From Eledone cirrhosa (taxonomy: Eukaryota), in contig OZ024743.1 in the NCBI GenBank assembly GCA_964016885.1, forward strand, positions 292,516,001 to 292,580,000: DNA of 64,000 nucleotides. Direction: 5' to 3'. Made by a program: the position numbers and the translations under genes. The stretch's first letter is position 1, and every line of letters starts with the position of its first letter. The notes beneath the pieces are model-generated. The model made no database searches, was not told where the DNA came from, and saw nothing but the letters and a program-made list of their open reading frames with translations. This document shows, one piece after another, positions 42,335 to 55,699 of this stretch.

Positions 42335-42400
42335 TATTTTATTATACATATTTCAAGGGCAACAAAGGCAAATTATAGTGCGCTTTCATCAGATAAAATA
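42335..42400 (-). ncRNA. Type I hammerhead ribozyme
   Basis: rc: TATTTTAT CTGATGA AAG...CTT GAAA TATGTA TA ATAAAATA. Confidence 0.85.
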
Positions 42401-42527
42401 CAGATTTGTTTTATAAATAAATATTGACATACCCGGAAAAAGACAACCTTAACGGTTGGAGCTTCCTGGATAGTTAATGTTGTCTTTTTTTCCGGGTATG
42501 TCAATATTTATTCATAAAACAAATCTG

Positions 42528-42593
42528 TATTTTATCTGATGAAAGCGCACCATAATTTGCCTTGGTTGCCCTTGAAATATGTATAATAGAATA
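42528..42593 (+). ncRNA. Type I hammerhead ribozyme
   Basis: TATTTTAT CTGATGA AAGCGCAC...GTTGCCCTT GAAA TATGTA TA ATAGAATA. Confidence 0.85.
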
Positions 42594-43295
42594 AATATGG
42601 TTTTATAGATATAGTTTCCATTTATTAATATATTGTGTATTTACTCCAACATACTGTTGAGTGTTTTATATCAGTTATAAAAAATGTTTTAAGCTTGTTG
42701 AATCCCAACAAATTAAATATAACCTCTGCATATATATATATATATTTTTTTTGACCGTTGGTCAGTAAATGGCAACATTGAGGACCGAATAAATTAGATT
42801 ACCGATATAAAAGACACAGAAGTGAAACGCGAAAACCAAGCAAACAGTGAGTTGTTCTGTTATTAATTGTGGCAATATTACACAAATATGACCCTCCCCA
42901 AGTATAACAATATTTGTTTCGACACACGATTTCATATAAAAAACCTCGCAAAACTAATTCATCGCCGTTATATATATATATGTATATATACACATATATA
43001 CAGTATATATATGTATGTATATATATATATGTGTGTGTGTGTGTGCATGTGTGTATATATATGTATGTATATATATATATGTGCGTGTGTGTGTGTGTGC
43101 GCGCGTGCGTCTTGTGTTTCATTACAGAGACGGCACTTTGGCAAGATAGATTATTAGATAGATAGATAGATAGATGATATACGAAGAAAAGAAATGACAC
43201 GTCTGTAGAGGTCATTTCTATATGAAATAACGATGTCTATACTCTACCAATATGGTAATATCCTGATCCCCATCGGGAATCAACCAGTAATTATG

Positions 43296-43400
<105 letters not shown>

Positions 43401-43401
43401 G

Positions 43402-43439
<38 letters not shown>

Positions 43440-43683
43440 CTATATATACAGTTATAAACTCAATCAGTCTTTTACAATTAAATAGCTCAAAGAAAGAGAT
43501 ATTTCTGAGCCGTGAAATACAAATTAATATAAATTAATATATGATAAACACTAATACAATTATATAAGTGCTTGTATTGCAAATGACCAAGTTAGCTAGA
43601 TTGAAAAATATTAATTAAATTAATACAGTTTGCCTGTCTCGATAATAAATCAATAAAAACAATCCCATATTGGCAATAGCCGT

Positions 43684-43808
43684 GATACCTGGACAAATTT
43701 AAATTTCAAAACCCAAATCTGTTCCGTAGACAAATCTAAATTCCAAAACTCAAATCCGTTTCGCAACGATAAGTGAAAATTCCATTTCTGTGCTCTTCGG
43801 CAGGTATC
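43684..43808 (-). ncRNA. Hammerhead ribozyme, CCGAAGA core variant, long stem III
   Basis: Reverse complement of the 44446-44570 motif. Confidence 0.7.
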
Positions 43809-44445
43809 CAGAAATTAGTATGTTTCACCTCAAAATACTTAGGAGGATTGATAGAGAAGTGTTGAACGCACATGATTTTTCAGCGCCTAGCCAGTCCTAT
43901 AGTCGTGCCGCTAGAAATAACAGCCGTTTTTATTGGACTAAAATTTAGCTCAAAAAAAGGAGCCGTTATTACTATATATAGAGTTATAAACTCAAACAGT
44001 CTTTTACAATTAAATAGCTCAAAGAAAGAGATATTTCTGAGCCGTGAAATACAAATTAATATTAATTAATATATGATAAACACTAATAAAATTATATAAG
44101 TGCTTGTATTGCAAATGACCAAGTTAGCTAGATTGAAAAATATTAATTAAATTAATACAGTTTGCCTGTCACGATTTAAAATAATAAATCAATAAAAACA
44201 AACCCATATTGGCAATAGCCGTGATACCTCGACAAATTTAAATTTCAAAACCCAAATCTGTTCCGCAGACAAATCTAAATTCCAAAACTCAAGTCCGCTT
44301 CGCAACTAAATTTTAGTCCCATAAAAACGGATGTTATTTCTAGCGGCACGAGTATAGGACTGGCTAAGCGCTGAAAAACCATGTGCGTTCAAAACTTCTC
44401 TATCAGTCCTCCTAAGTATTTTGAGGTGAAACATACTAATTTCTG

Positions 44446-44570
44446 GATACCTGCCGAAGAGCACAGAAATGGAATTTTCACTTATCGTTGCGAAACGGAT
44501 TTGAGTTTTGGAATTTAGATTTGTCTGCGGAACAGATTTGGGTTTTGAAATTTAAATTTGTCCAGGTATC
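44446..44570 (+). ncRNA. Hammerhead ribozyme, CCGAAGA core variant, long stem III
   Basis: GATACCTG CCGAAGA GCA...TGC GAAA CGGATTT...(long)...AAATTTG TC CAGGTATC; 8-bp stem I; predicted cleavage after 44562. Confidence 0.72.
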
Positions 44571-44984
44571 ACGGCTATTGCCAATATGGGTTTGTTTTTA
44601 TTGATTTATTATTTTAAATCGAGACAGGCAAACTGTATTAATTTAATTAATATTTTTCAATCTAGCTAACTTGGTCATTTGTAATACATGCACTTATATA
44701 ATTGTATTAGTGTTTATCATATATTATTTTATATTAATTTGTATTTCACGGCTCAGAAATATCTCTTTCTTTGAACTATTTGATTGTAAAAGACTGTTTG
44801 AGTTTATAACTCTATATATAGTATTAACAGCTCCTTTTGTTGAGCTAAATTTTAGTCCCATAAAAACGGCTGTTATTTCTAGCGGCACGAGTATAGGACT
44901 GGCTAGGCGCTGAAAAACCATGTGCGTTCAAAACTTCTCTATCAGTCCTCCTAAGTATTTTGAGGTGAAACATACTAATGTCTG

Positions 44985-45109
44985 GATACCTGCCGAAGAG
45001 CACAGAAATGGAATTTTCACTTATCGTTGCGAAACGGATTTGAGTTTTGGAATTTAGATTTGTCTGCGGAACAGATTTGGGTTTTGAAATTTAAATTTGT
45101 CCAGGTATC
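44985..45109 (+). ncRNA. Hammerhead ribozyme, CCGAAGA core variant (tandem copy)
   Basis: Same motif as 44446-44570, 539 nt downstream; predicted cleavage after 45101. Confidence 0.72.
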
Positions 45110-45324
45110 ACGGCTATTGCCAATATGGTTTTGTTTTTATTGATTTATTATTTTAAATCGAGACGGGCAAACTGTATTAATTTAATTAATATTTTTCAAT
45201 CTAGCTAACTTGGTCATTTGCAATACAAGCACTTATATAATTGTATTAGTGTTTATCATATATTAATTTATGTTAATATGTATATTTATATATATATATA
45301 TACATAAATATATATATAAATATG

Positions 45325-45402
<78 letters not shown>

Positions 45403-45489
45403 CATAAATATATATATATATACATATATACACATATATATATACATATATATATATACAAATACATATATACACATATATAAATATAC

Positions 45490-45550
<61 letters not shown>

Positions 45551-45758
45551 TATATATATACAAATATATATAGATATATATATAAATATATATATACATA
45601 TATATATATACATATATATACATATATATATATATACACATATATATATACATATATATATATACATATATATATGTACATATATATACATATATATATA
45701 TACATATATATATATACATATGTATATATATACATATATATATATATATATGTATGTA

Positions 45759-45916
<158 letters not shown>

Positions 45917-45940
45917 GGGGGGGGGAGTGTGTATAGAAAA

Positions 45941-46126
45941 TGTTAAGTGTTAATTGAACAAGTACATTCATGCTTTCGCAATCTTCAGGTTCGTATTCTG
46001 TGGTGACATTCAAGTTTGCAATTTTCAATTTTCAACAGTTGAACATTGAAAACTTGACTGTCACCGCAGAATATGAACCTAACGATTGCGAAAGCATGAA
46101 AGTACTTGTTCAATTAACACTTAATA
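45941..46126. mobile_element. Fold-back element (~80-bp arms) with a minimal HHR in each arm, each with a different core mutation
   Basis: Left arm rc: GAAC CTGAAGA TTGC GAAA GCAT GAAT GTAC TT GTTC. Right arm: GAAC CTAACGA TTGC GAAA GCAT GAAA GTAC TT GTTC. Confidence 0.75.
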
Positions 46127-46264
46127 TTTAATATTCTACCATACTATTTCATTCAAACACCATTATAAATTTTAAAGGGTTGTAAATAAAACGAGTAAAT
46201 CAGAGAAAGTTGGAATTCCTTATATTAATATAATCTTCTATACACAATCATACACACTCGTGTA

Positions 46265-46304
<40 letters not shown>

Positions 46305-46901
46305 TAACAGATTAAAGTTTAAGCAAATAATCGCTGCTTTCACCCTTAACGGGATCTTCTGAAACTAACAAACTCAATCTGTAAACGCAGAACTGGATAT
46401 TTCAAAAAACGTTGCAACCGGAGGAAGACAGGAAGATGATACTTTGGTTCGTGGTAACGTTCGCTGGCTAAGAACGGGAAAAAACGAATATAATACGTCA
46501 TTAATAGGAGCGGTGAAAAAAAATACGCGCAAAGACAGAACCACGTTTATAGTATAATAGAGGTCGTAGACTAATGTTCTCTTAGGTGGTGCATATAGAC
46601 GTTCTCTGGCGATGAACGAAAAAAACGAAGATAATACGTCATATGTGGTGCGTGGAGAACAATAGCACGCAAAGACAAAACCACGTAAATGGTATAGCAG
46701 AAGTCGTAGACTAAATTCTAACTAGGAGACCGAATGAATCTCCGCTACGGGGTTAAGAACAAAGTTGGAAACAAGCAAAAGCACTGTCCATGTTATAAAA
46801 GACAGGACAGAACAATAACTTATAGCAATTAAGCCGTAACAGGTACACATACAATTTTATATGACTAATAGAAGTTATTGAGCTTTATATAGCAACGATA
46901 G

Positions 46902-46980
<79 letters not shown>

Positions 46981-47224
46981 TCTATTCATTTACATGTATG
47001 TACATGTAAATGTACGCCCATGCATGTTAGATTCGTCTATATAAATTTCTTTCCTTATGCTGTTGCAGTCCATAACTATTAGCTTAGATAATGATGTACT
47101 GCCTTACATTGACACGTTATCTAATGATGAATTACATATTTTGTTGTTGGCAATTCAACCAAGCGATATCTTTTTCCGGAAAATCATCATCCTTTTCAAT
47201 ATATAACATATACGTATATATATG

Positions 47225-47373
<149 letters not shown>

Positions 47374-47523
47374 GTATATATACATAAATAATACACACGT
47401 GTATGCATGCGTACATAGATACATACATACATACCTACATTCCCTTTTCCAGCAAGCGCGAATCTATTAAGACTTTATGTAATTGCATCTCTGTACTACT
47501 CTTTTTTTGTTCATGAACATATA

Positions 47524-47610
<87 letters not shown>

Positions 47611-47669
47611 ATAAGTATATATGTAATAGATATAACATATATGCCTGCGCAACACACTCTACATGTGCA

Positions 47670-48160
47670 TGGAGTCACCGAAGCAGGTAGAGAAGTTCAA
47701 GTATCTCGGGGTCGTGTTCACGAACGATGGAAGGCAGTAGGCTGAATTAAGTGCAAGAATTGCAGGAGCTGGTGCAGTGCGCCAGCTTCAGCATTCAGTA
47801 ATCAGAAGAGGAGAAGTAGGAGTAACAGCGAAATTTGCTATCTTCAATTCTTACCTATTGTCATTAATTTTGGATAATGACTGAAAGAATACGATTTCGA
47901 ATACGAACGGTCGAAATGGAGTTCCTCCGAAGGGTTTTTCTAGTAACGTTACTCGGTAGAGTTCGTAGCTCGGAGATGAGAGAGTCACTCCAGGTAGAGT
48001 CGCTACTTCTCCGAATTGAGAGATCACAGCTCCGATACTATGGTGTTATGGTTAGAATGTGTCAGGAAAGAATCGCTGGACAGATTTTACGGGTAAAACC
48101 AACCAGCATGAGACACCGTGGCAGATCCCGAGTATGATGGTTGGATAATATCCATGAGCT
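47670..48160 (+). pseudogene. RTE-clade LINE RT 3' fragment
   Basis: QVEKFKYLGVVFTNDGR...MTERIRFRIRTVEMEFLRRV...IERSQLRYYG...RHRGRSR. Confidence 0.8.
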
Positions 48161-48462
48161 TTATAAAGTTTTTTTTTTTTTTAAATACTCAAATACAAGG
48201 ATAAAATTTCATAAAAGTAATAAAGCATTAACTATTTAGTCAAACATACAGAAAAAGAAAGCAGTATTGGAAAGGACTATAAATACATAAATGAGAAATT
48301 CGTCAAAAGCACAGAAGCAAGACTTTAGCTCCCGTTATTGTGAGACTGCCATATTATATAAATAGTTGCTTGACTTAATTAAGTTCGTTAACGCACACAG
48401 AAAAATGAATGAATGGTAAGTCGTCAAATGTATTCTCTGTCTATAAAAACACACCAATTTAA

Positions 48463-48542
<80 letters not shown>

Positions 48543-49000
48543 ATAGGTGGTGGTGGTGGTTGTGCAGCTGCTATTGTTGCTGTTTCTTGGACTCAAGAAA
48601 ATAGTAATGGTGTTAGATAATGTAGTAGTGGTAACGTTAATGTTGACTGTGATGATGGGGATGGTGGTAGTAGTCCTTTACAAATCCTTCAGTTATGTGG
48701 CAAGCCCCGGTAGCATTATAGCTAAGGTTCAAACGTATATATCAAGATAGAGTAGGTTCCACGTTAATATACTTTGATAACCAGTAACAGAATGAAGTTT
48801 GCCATACTTTATACTCCTTCCATTTTCTGGTGGATTTCAGATCTCACCGGAATAACAGCAATGCATAAATTGTGTTTGTATTTCTCAAATTCAACTGAAA
48901 ACTACCTTATGACTCATCCACCACACACTGCGAAACATTTATATACACACAACTGTTTGAATACGGACACACGAAGGCATATTCACATAGACACACACAC

Positions 49001-49069
<69 letters not shown>

Positions 49070-50015
49070 TAGAGTGTACTGTGATGTAAACTACACGTTT
49101 ACTAGAGGTTATTCATAAGAAGTTGTTGAACCACTCCGTAGTTTATAAATATATATGTATATATATGTATATTTTATATGTGTATTTAATAAATATATAC
49201 TGAGAGAGCGGACGGATAGATACATAGATAGATAGACAGTTTTGTGTACACACAAGACTGTAGTATGCAAGCACATATATGCAGGCAGTTATACAATTAT
49301 CTGACACACGCAAACAGAAATACATACACATATACGTAAGTATGTATATATATATATATATATATATACATACAAACACGGACACACGCGCACACAAACA
49401 CACGCACACACGAACACACACCAATATATATATATATATATATATATATCATGTTTTTTATATATATGTTTTTTGTTTTTATATATATGTTTTTTATATA
49501 TATTTACCTCGGCTGCGTTTATCTGTTTCTCTCTTACTGCTTCCCCGCACTCTCTGTTTCTCTCACCTTCTTTCGCCCCCTCTGTCAGTTACACTTTCTC
49601 TCGACTGACCTCTTCCTCACACTTCCACTCACTCACTCTCTGTTTCTCCCCTTCTCACTTCCTCCCGTTTGGCTTGTGTGGGTCTCTTCTTGCTCACATC
49701 TCACACACATCAACACGGTCTGTACCTCTATCGCTCATGAAATCCACCCGGTTTAAGCTGACCGGACAACCATGTTGCTTGTTTATTTTCCTATCTTCGG
49801 TTTGCTTTTATCCTTCTATGTTGTTTGCTTGTCCCCCACGCCTTACGCGAATTCTGGTCCCAATAACTTTTTTTAGTTATTGCTCGCACCAACCTGAGGT
49901 ATCTGATTTGTAATGCGATGAAATACCAATGATGGTTGGAAAATCACTGACGAAGGCCTATTTTTATCTTATGTAACCCATGTGCAAACCACGCAGAATT
50001 CTTCTTTCTTCTCAT

Positions 50016-50100
<85 letters not shown>

Positions 50101-50188
50101 AGGTAACGTCCTGTTTTTGTAGGTTCCCTCGTGTGAGCAGTCGATGCGTAGTTTCCAGTCGTTAAAGAGGTGTATATATATATGTATA

Positions 50189-50235
<47 letters not shown>

Positions 50236-50525
50236 AAAACAAATAACGAAACGAAATTAAATTTCGTTTCGCTTCTAACTCACTTTTGTATGACTGACGC
50301 TTAAACAATTAAGTAAAAGTGTACATCTACATATGTATACGGAAGTATTAGTATGCATATAAATACACACATGTATACATCTGTACATGTACTCAGTTTT
50401 TTCACTAGACACTTTACAGTGAGTGTCAGCTAGTCTGTATGTAACCACACAGACGGACCGGGTTTTAGAGTCATACGAGGTTTCAAGGAATCACATTTCC
50501 TCTATTCTCCAGAGGGCCAGACAGG

Positions 50526-50570
50526 AATATTGGACTAGTTTCGATGTTATTACATCTCATCAGCAATATT
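50526..50570 (-). ncRNA. Minimal type I hammerhead ribozyme
   Basis: rc: AATATTG CTGATGA GATGT AATA ACATC GAAA CTAG TC CAATATT. Confidence 0.92.
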
Positions 50571-50828
50571 TACCCATCTTCCGGCTTCTCTGGAGAATTG
50601 TAAAAGCACATATCGTTATATGCTTTTTCTATGAAAATTAGTAGTGGGTAGACTAATTTGCATAGAACGTGAGTCATTGTACGCACCGGTTCAGCGGAAA
50701 CGATAAAAACAAATAACGAAACGAAATTAAATTTCGTTTCGCTTCTAACTCACTTTTGTATGACTGACGCTTAAACAATTAAGTTTCAAGGAAACACATT
50801 TCCTCTATTCTCCAGAGGGCCAGACAGG

Positions 50829-50873
50829 AATATTGGACTAGTTTCGATGTTATTACATCTCATCAGCAATATT
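50829..50873 (-). ncRNA. Minimal type I hammerhead ribozyme
   Basis: Identical to 50526-50570, 303 nt away. Confidence 0.92.
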
Positions 50874-51254
50874 TACCCATCTTCCGGCTTCTCTGGAGAA
50901 TTGTAAAAGCACATATCGTTATATGCTTTTTCTATGAAAATTAGTAGTTTTAATATCTAATTCACATTTTTCTTCTCATAATTCTAATACAATCGACATA
51001 CGTGTTTGTTCCGTTAGTTTTGAACTCTTCTTGAAATTACACAATTGTGATATCAATAGCAATATCGAAGGAAACACTTCCATGTGAATTCAATGAATTT
51101 CTTCTCAAGATGAATTTGTCTCCTATACTTATATCGTATTGCCACTAAGTGACATACACATATTGCTGTTAACCGGTGTTACTCAAAATATATAAGAAAT
51201 GCTGCAACATGTCTACTACTATTGAAATGGGAGTTCTATTATGTAAGTATGATC

Positions 51255-51289
<35 letters not shown>

Positions 51290-51455
51290 TACACAAACAC
51301 ATACACTCACACACGCACAAATGTATATATGTATGTTTGTTTATTGGTTTGTACACCGTTCTATGCAAATTAGTCTACCCACTACTAATTTTCATAGAAA
51401 AAGCATATAACGATATGTGCTTTTACAATTCTCCAGAGAAGCCGGAAGATGGGTA

Positions 51456-51500
51456 AATATTGCTGATGAGATGTAATAACATCGAAACTAGTCCAATATT
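51456..51500 (+). ncRNA. Minimal type I hammerhead ribozyme
   Basis: AATATTG CTGATGA GATGT AATA ACATC GAAA CTAG TC CAATATT; canonical GUC cleavage triplet at 51491-51493. Confidence 0.93.
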
Positions 51501-51719
51501 CCTGTCTGGCCCTCTGGAGAATAGAGGAAATGTGTTTCCTTGAAACCTCGTATGACTCTAAAACCCGGTCCGTCTGTATGGTTACATACAGACTAGCTGA
51601 CACTCACTGTAAAGTGTCTAGTGAAAAAACTGAGTACATGTACAGATGTATACATGTGTGTATTTATATGCATACTAATACTTCCGTATACATATGTAGA
51701 TGTACACTTTAACTTAATT

Positions 51720-51792
<73 letters not shown>

Positions 51793-51812
51793 TATATACA
51801 CATATTTATATA

Positions 51813-52068
51813 TATTTAATTAGAAAGTGAACAACGCAAAATGTAACTACTCTATTACCAAAGGTTTCTGGATCCCAGACAATATTAGTATAGGTCTGGA
51901 TCGGTCATCAGACATAGATGATATGGATAAAAAATAGGAAATGAGATTTTTTATCCATAACATCTCTGCCTGATGACCGATCCAGACGTATACTAATATT
52001 GTCTGGGATCCAGAAACCTTTGGTAATGGAGTAGTTATATCTTGTGTTGTTCACTTTCTAATTAAATA
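51813..52068. mobile_element. Fold-back element (~120-bp arms) with an HHR in each arm (51850-51917 minus; 51964-52031 plus)
   Basis: Plus arm: CTCTGC CTGATGA CCGATCCAGAC...GTCTGGGATCCA GAAA CCTTTGG TA ATGGAG; arms are near-perfect reverse complements. Confidence 0.8.
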
Positions 52069-52125
52069 GCTCTGTTGTCTACATAGAGCACTCTTTATTC
52101 CTTTGCTTTTCCTTCAGAATTACCT

Positions 52126-52168
<43 letters not shown>

Positions 52169-52407
52169 CTATGTGTGTGTGTGTCTGTGTGTGTGTGTAT
52201 GCATGTATGTATGTGTGTGTATGTGTGTGTGCGTGTGTATGTGTGAGTGTGTGTGTGTGTAAATACTCCTATGAATTGAAGTCATACATAGATATATACA
52301 GAAAAAGTAAGATTACTAAACTAACTTAAATAAGGAAATGACAAATATTCATATACAGATATAGTTTTATGTATATATCTGTGTGCTTGTGTTTGTATAT
52401 ACACATT

Positions 52408-52438
<31 letters not shown>

Positions 52439-52455
52439 GTATTTATGTATACATA

Positions 52456-52545
<90 letters not shown>

Positions 52546-52691
52546 GATGTGTGTGTGTGTGTGGACATGTGTGTGGATATTACCTCATTAATACAGAAAT
52601 AAATACATACATGCGCGTGCATGGGTGTACAAACCAATAAACAAACATACATATATACATTTGTGCGTGTGTGAGTGTATGTGTTTGTGTA

Positions 52692-52746
<55 letters not shown>

Positions 52747-53099
52747 GATCATACTTACATAATAGAACTCCCATTTCAATAGTAGTAGACATGTTGCAGA
52801 ATTTCTTATATATTTTGAGTAACACCGGTTAACAGCAATATGTGTATGTCACTTAGTGGCAATACGATATAAGTATAGGAGACAAATTCATCTTGAGAAG
52901 AAATTCATTGAATTCACATGGAAGTGTTTCCTTCGATATTGCTATTGATATCACAATTGTGTAATTTCAAGAAGAGTTCAAAACTAACGGAACAAACACG
53001 TATGTCGATTGTATTAGAATTATGAGAAGAAAAATGTGAATTAGATATTAAAAAATGAGTATTTTCGATTAAGAAATAATATATTACGCATTTTATAAT

Positions 53100-53130
<31 letters not shown>

Positions 53131-53281
53131 GCAAAGAAAGTGTGGTAAGAAACAAGGTGGACCATAACGCACCAGAGTACTCGATACTTAGGGTAGTAGA
53201 GTGGGCAATCGGAAAAGAGTGTCGACCACCGACAGCTGAGCTCCAGCCGTCGGTCCTGACTCTTTTCCTATTTATATATAT

Positions 53282-53318
<37 letters not shown>

Positions 53319-53334
53319 CACACACACACTCTCT

Positions 53335-53406
<72 letters not shown>

Positions 53407-53595
53407 ATAAAGGTAGTTCCACAAAAATTAACAAACCATCTTCTTGGAGACGTGTTTCACTCAACAAATATTCAACTCGATGGTTTGCTAATATGTTCTG
53501 GAACTAACTTAATACCGGACTTGTCCTGTGAACTGAGTGCTCTACTTAGTACGGATATAACCTGAAAGTGTTCCACCATTACATATATATATATC

Positions 53596-53628
<33 letters not shown>

Positions 53629-53699
53629 AAGGGACGATCGACTTTCGTCAAATCGGACCGAGGGAACAATGTTTCCGTTGGTCTTTCCAATTGCTAATA

Positions 53700-53850
53700 C
53701 TATCTATCGGTCGCAACTCCAGGTAGAAGGAGCAACGTGAAATAAAGTGTCTTGCTCAAGGACATAACGCATCGCCTGGTCCAGGAATCGTACTCACAAC
53801 GTTACGATTGCGAATCCAATTCTCTAACCACTCAGCCACACGCCTTCACT
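53700..53850 (-). mobile_element. tRNA-derived SINE
   Basis: rc: TGAAGGCGTGTGGCTGAGTGGTTAGAG (A-box)...GAGTACGATTCC (B-box-like)...TCCTTGAGCAAGACACTTTATTTCACG. Confidence 0.75.
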
Positions 53851-53857
53851 ATATATA

Positions 53858-54069
<212 letters not shown>

Positions 54070-54312
54070 GATAAATCTACCAAGAGTCTACGGAAGACGG
54101 ATATATATGTGTTTGGAAGACGGCATATATATGTGTTTGGTATGTATATTTAATTTTGATAGTTTGTATAATTTTGTATAATTTTGTACATAGATCTGTT
54201 GAATATGCATGCCAATTCTAACACATATATATCCTAGAAACGATCGTTAAATAATGAACTTTTTTTGTTTAATATAAGGAACTGTTTCATTGTTTTATTC
54301 ATTATTTTTTTA

Positions 54313-54453
<141 letters not shown>

Positions 54454-54676
54454 TAAAAACCACAGACCCTCCATCTCAACTCTACTTTTGAAAAGCAGAA
54501 GAACTGCGAAACCGGTAAAGGAAACAAATAAATATATATATTTTTTTAAAATAAGACTCCAGTTGCATTTTCGATTTCATCTTTTTTTCTTTATACTTTC
54601 ACTCGTGTAGGACACCTCGGTTATTTTTCATTTTGTAAATAACACCTCACTTTCTAATATATATATATATATATAT

Positions 54677-55604
54677 ATGAATAAAGTTAGTCCTTCATCA
54701 CTGATCTTCCAACCATCATTGGTATTTCATCGCTTTAAAGACCATATACCTCCGGTTGGTGCGAGCAACGGCTAAAAAAAGTCGTTGGGACACGTAAATA
54801 AAGGGAACACGAAAGTGTAAACAAACAAAGATGGTGAAGCAACGAAAAGTGAGGAAGAAAGAGTCAAGTCCCAAATTTCCATGAATATAGGTTCGGTGAA
54901 ATCGTGAACGGGAGATAATAAAGACCTCAAACCTGGTTGGAATGTGAGCAAAGAAGGAATTCCGTACAGTTCTAACGGGAGGAAGAAGGAATCTAGTCTG
55001 TGAATTCGGTGAACATAAGTTCTGTGAAATCGTAGACGAGAGAGAGAAAAAAAGCGAATCTGCCTGACCAAGGGTGCGAAAGAAAAGAATTAAGCACAAG
55101 TCAAACGGGAAGAAGGAGGAGGAGGAGAGGTAGTAACAGAGAGTGAGTGAGTGAAGGGTGAGGAAGAGGCTAACAGAGAGAGTGACTGTTACAGAGGGTA
55201 AAGATACAGAGAAAGAGGAAGCAGTAAGGACGAAATAGACGGGTCACAGCGGGGGAGAAAAATGTGTAAATATGAGAATAAACGTGCTGCGTGGTTGCTA
55301 ATGGGTTACATATGAATAAAGTTAGTCCTTCATCAGTGATCTTCCAACCATCATTGGTATTTCATCGCTTTAAAACCATATACCTCCGGTTGATGCGAGC
55401 AACGGCTAAAAAAGTCGTTGGGACACGTAAATAAAGGGGACACGAGAGTGTAAACAAACAAAGATGGTGAAGCAACGAAAAGTGAGGAAGAAAGAGTCAA
55501 CTCCCAAATTTCCATGAATATAAGTTCGGTGAAATCGTGAACTGATGAAGGACTAACTTTATTCATATGTAACCCATTATCAACCACGCAGCACGTTTAT
55601 TCTC

Positions 55605-55606
<2 letters not shown>
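54677..55606. mobile_element. Repeat with 635-bp tandem period and terminal inversion, between (TA)n tracts; related copy at ~49500-49995
   Basis: ATGAATAAAGTTAGTCC at 54677 and 55312; 55541-55605 is the reverse complement of 55274-55337. Confidence 0.8.
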
Positions 55607-55658
<52 letters not shown>

Positions 55659-55699
55659 AAATGAAAATCCAAAGGCAAGGTAAAATTCCAATCATTTAA

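Larger units (their letters stand above)
42293..42635. mobile_element. Fold-back element (~160-bp arms), each arm carrying an HHR
   Basis: 42293-42453 is the near-perfect reverse complement of 42473-42635; left end abuts (TA)n. Confidence 0.9.
43450..45265. mobile_element. Tandem-plus-inverted array of a ~535-bp HHR-bearing unit between (TA)n tracts
   Basis: About 1.6 units in one orientation (43450-44305, period 532) joined to about 1.8 units in the opposite orientation (44305-45265, period 539). Confidence 0.9.
50234..51724. mobile_element. Composite retrozyme-like insertion: 470-bp unit with tandem redundancy, internal repeat, captured segment and inverted copy
   Basis: TAAAAACAAATAACG at 50234 and 50704; 50783-50948 repeats 50480-50645; 51357-51724 is the reverse complement of 50302-50669; flanked by (TA)n. 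Confidence 0.85.

Noticed and set aside
46330-46370. rc CAGAAGA-TCCC-GTTAA-GGGT-GAAA-GCAGC hammerhead-like motif
   Set aside because: Both the core and the cleavage triplet are non-canonical.
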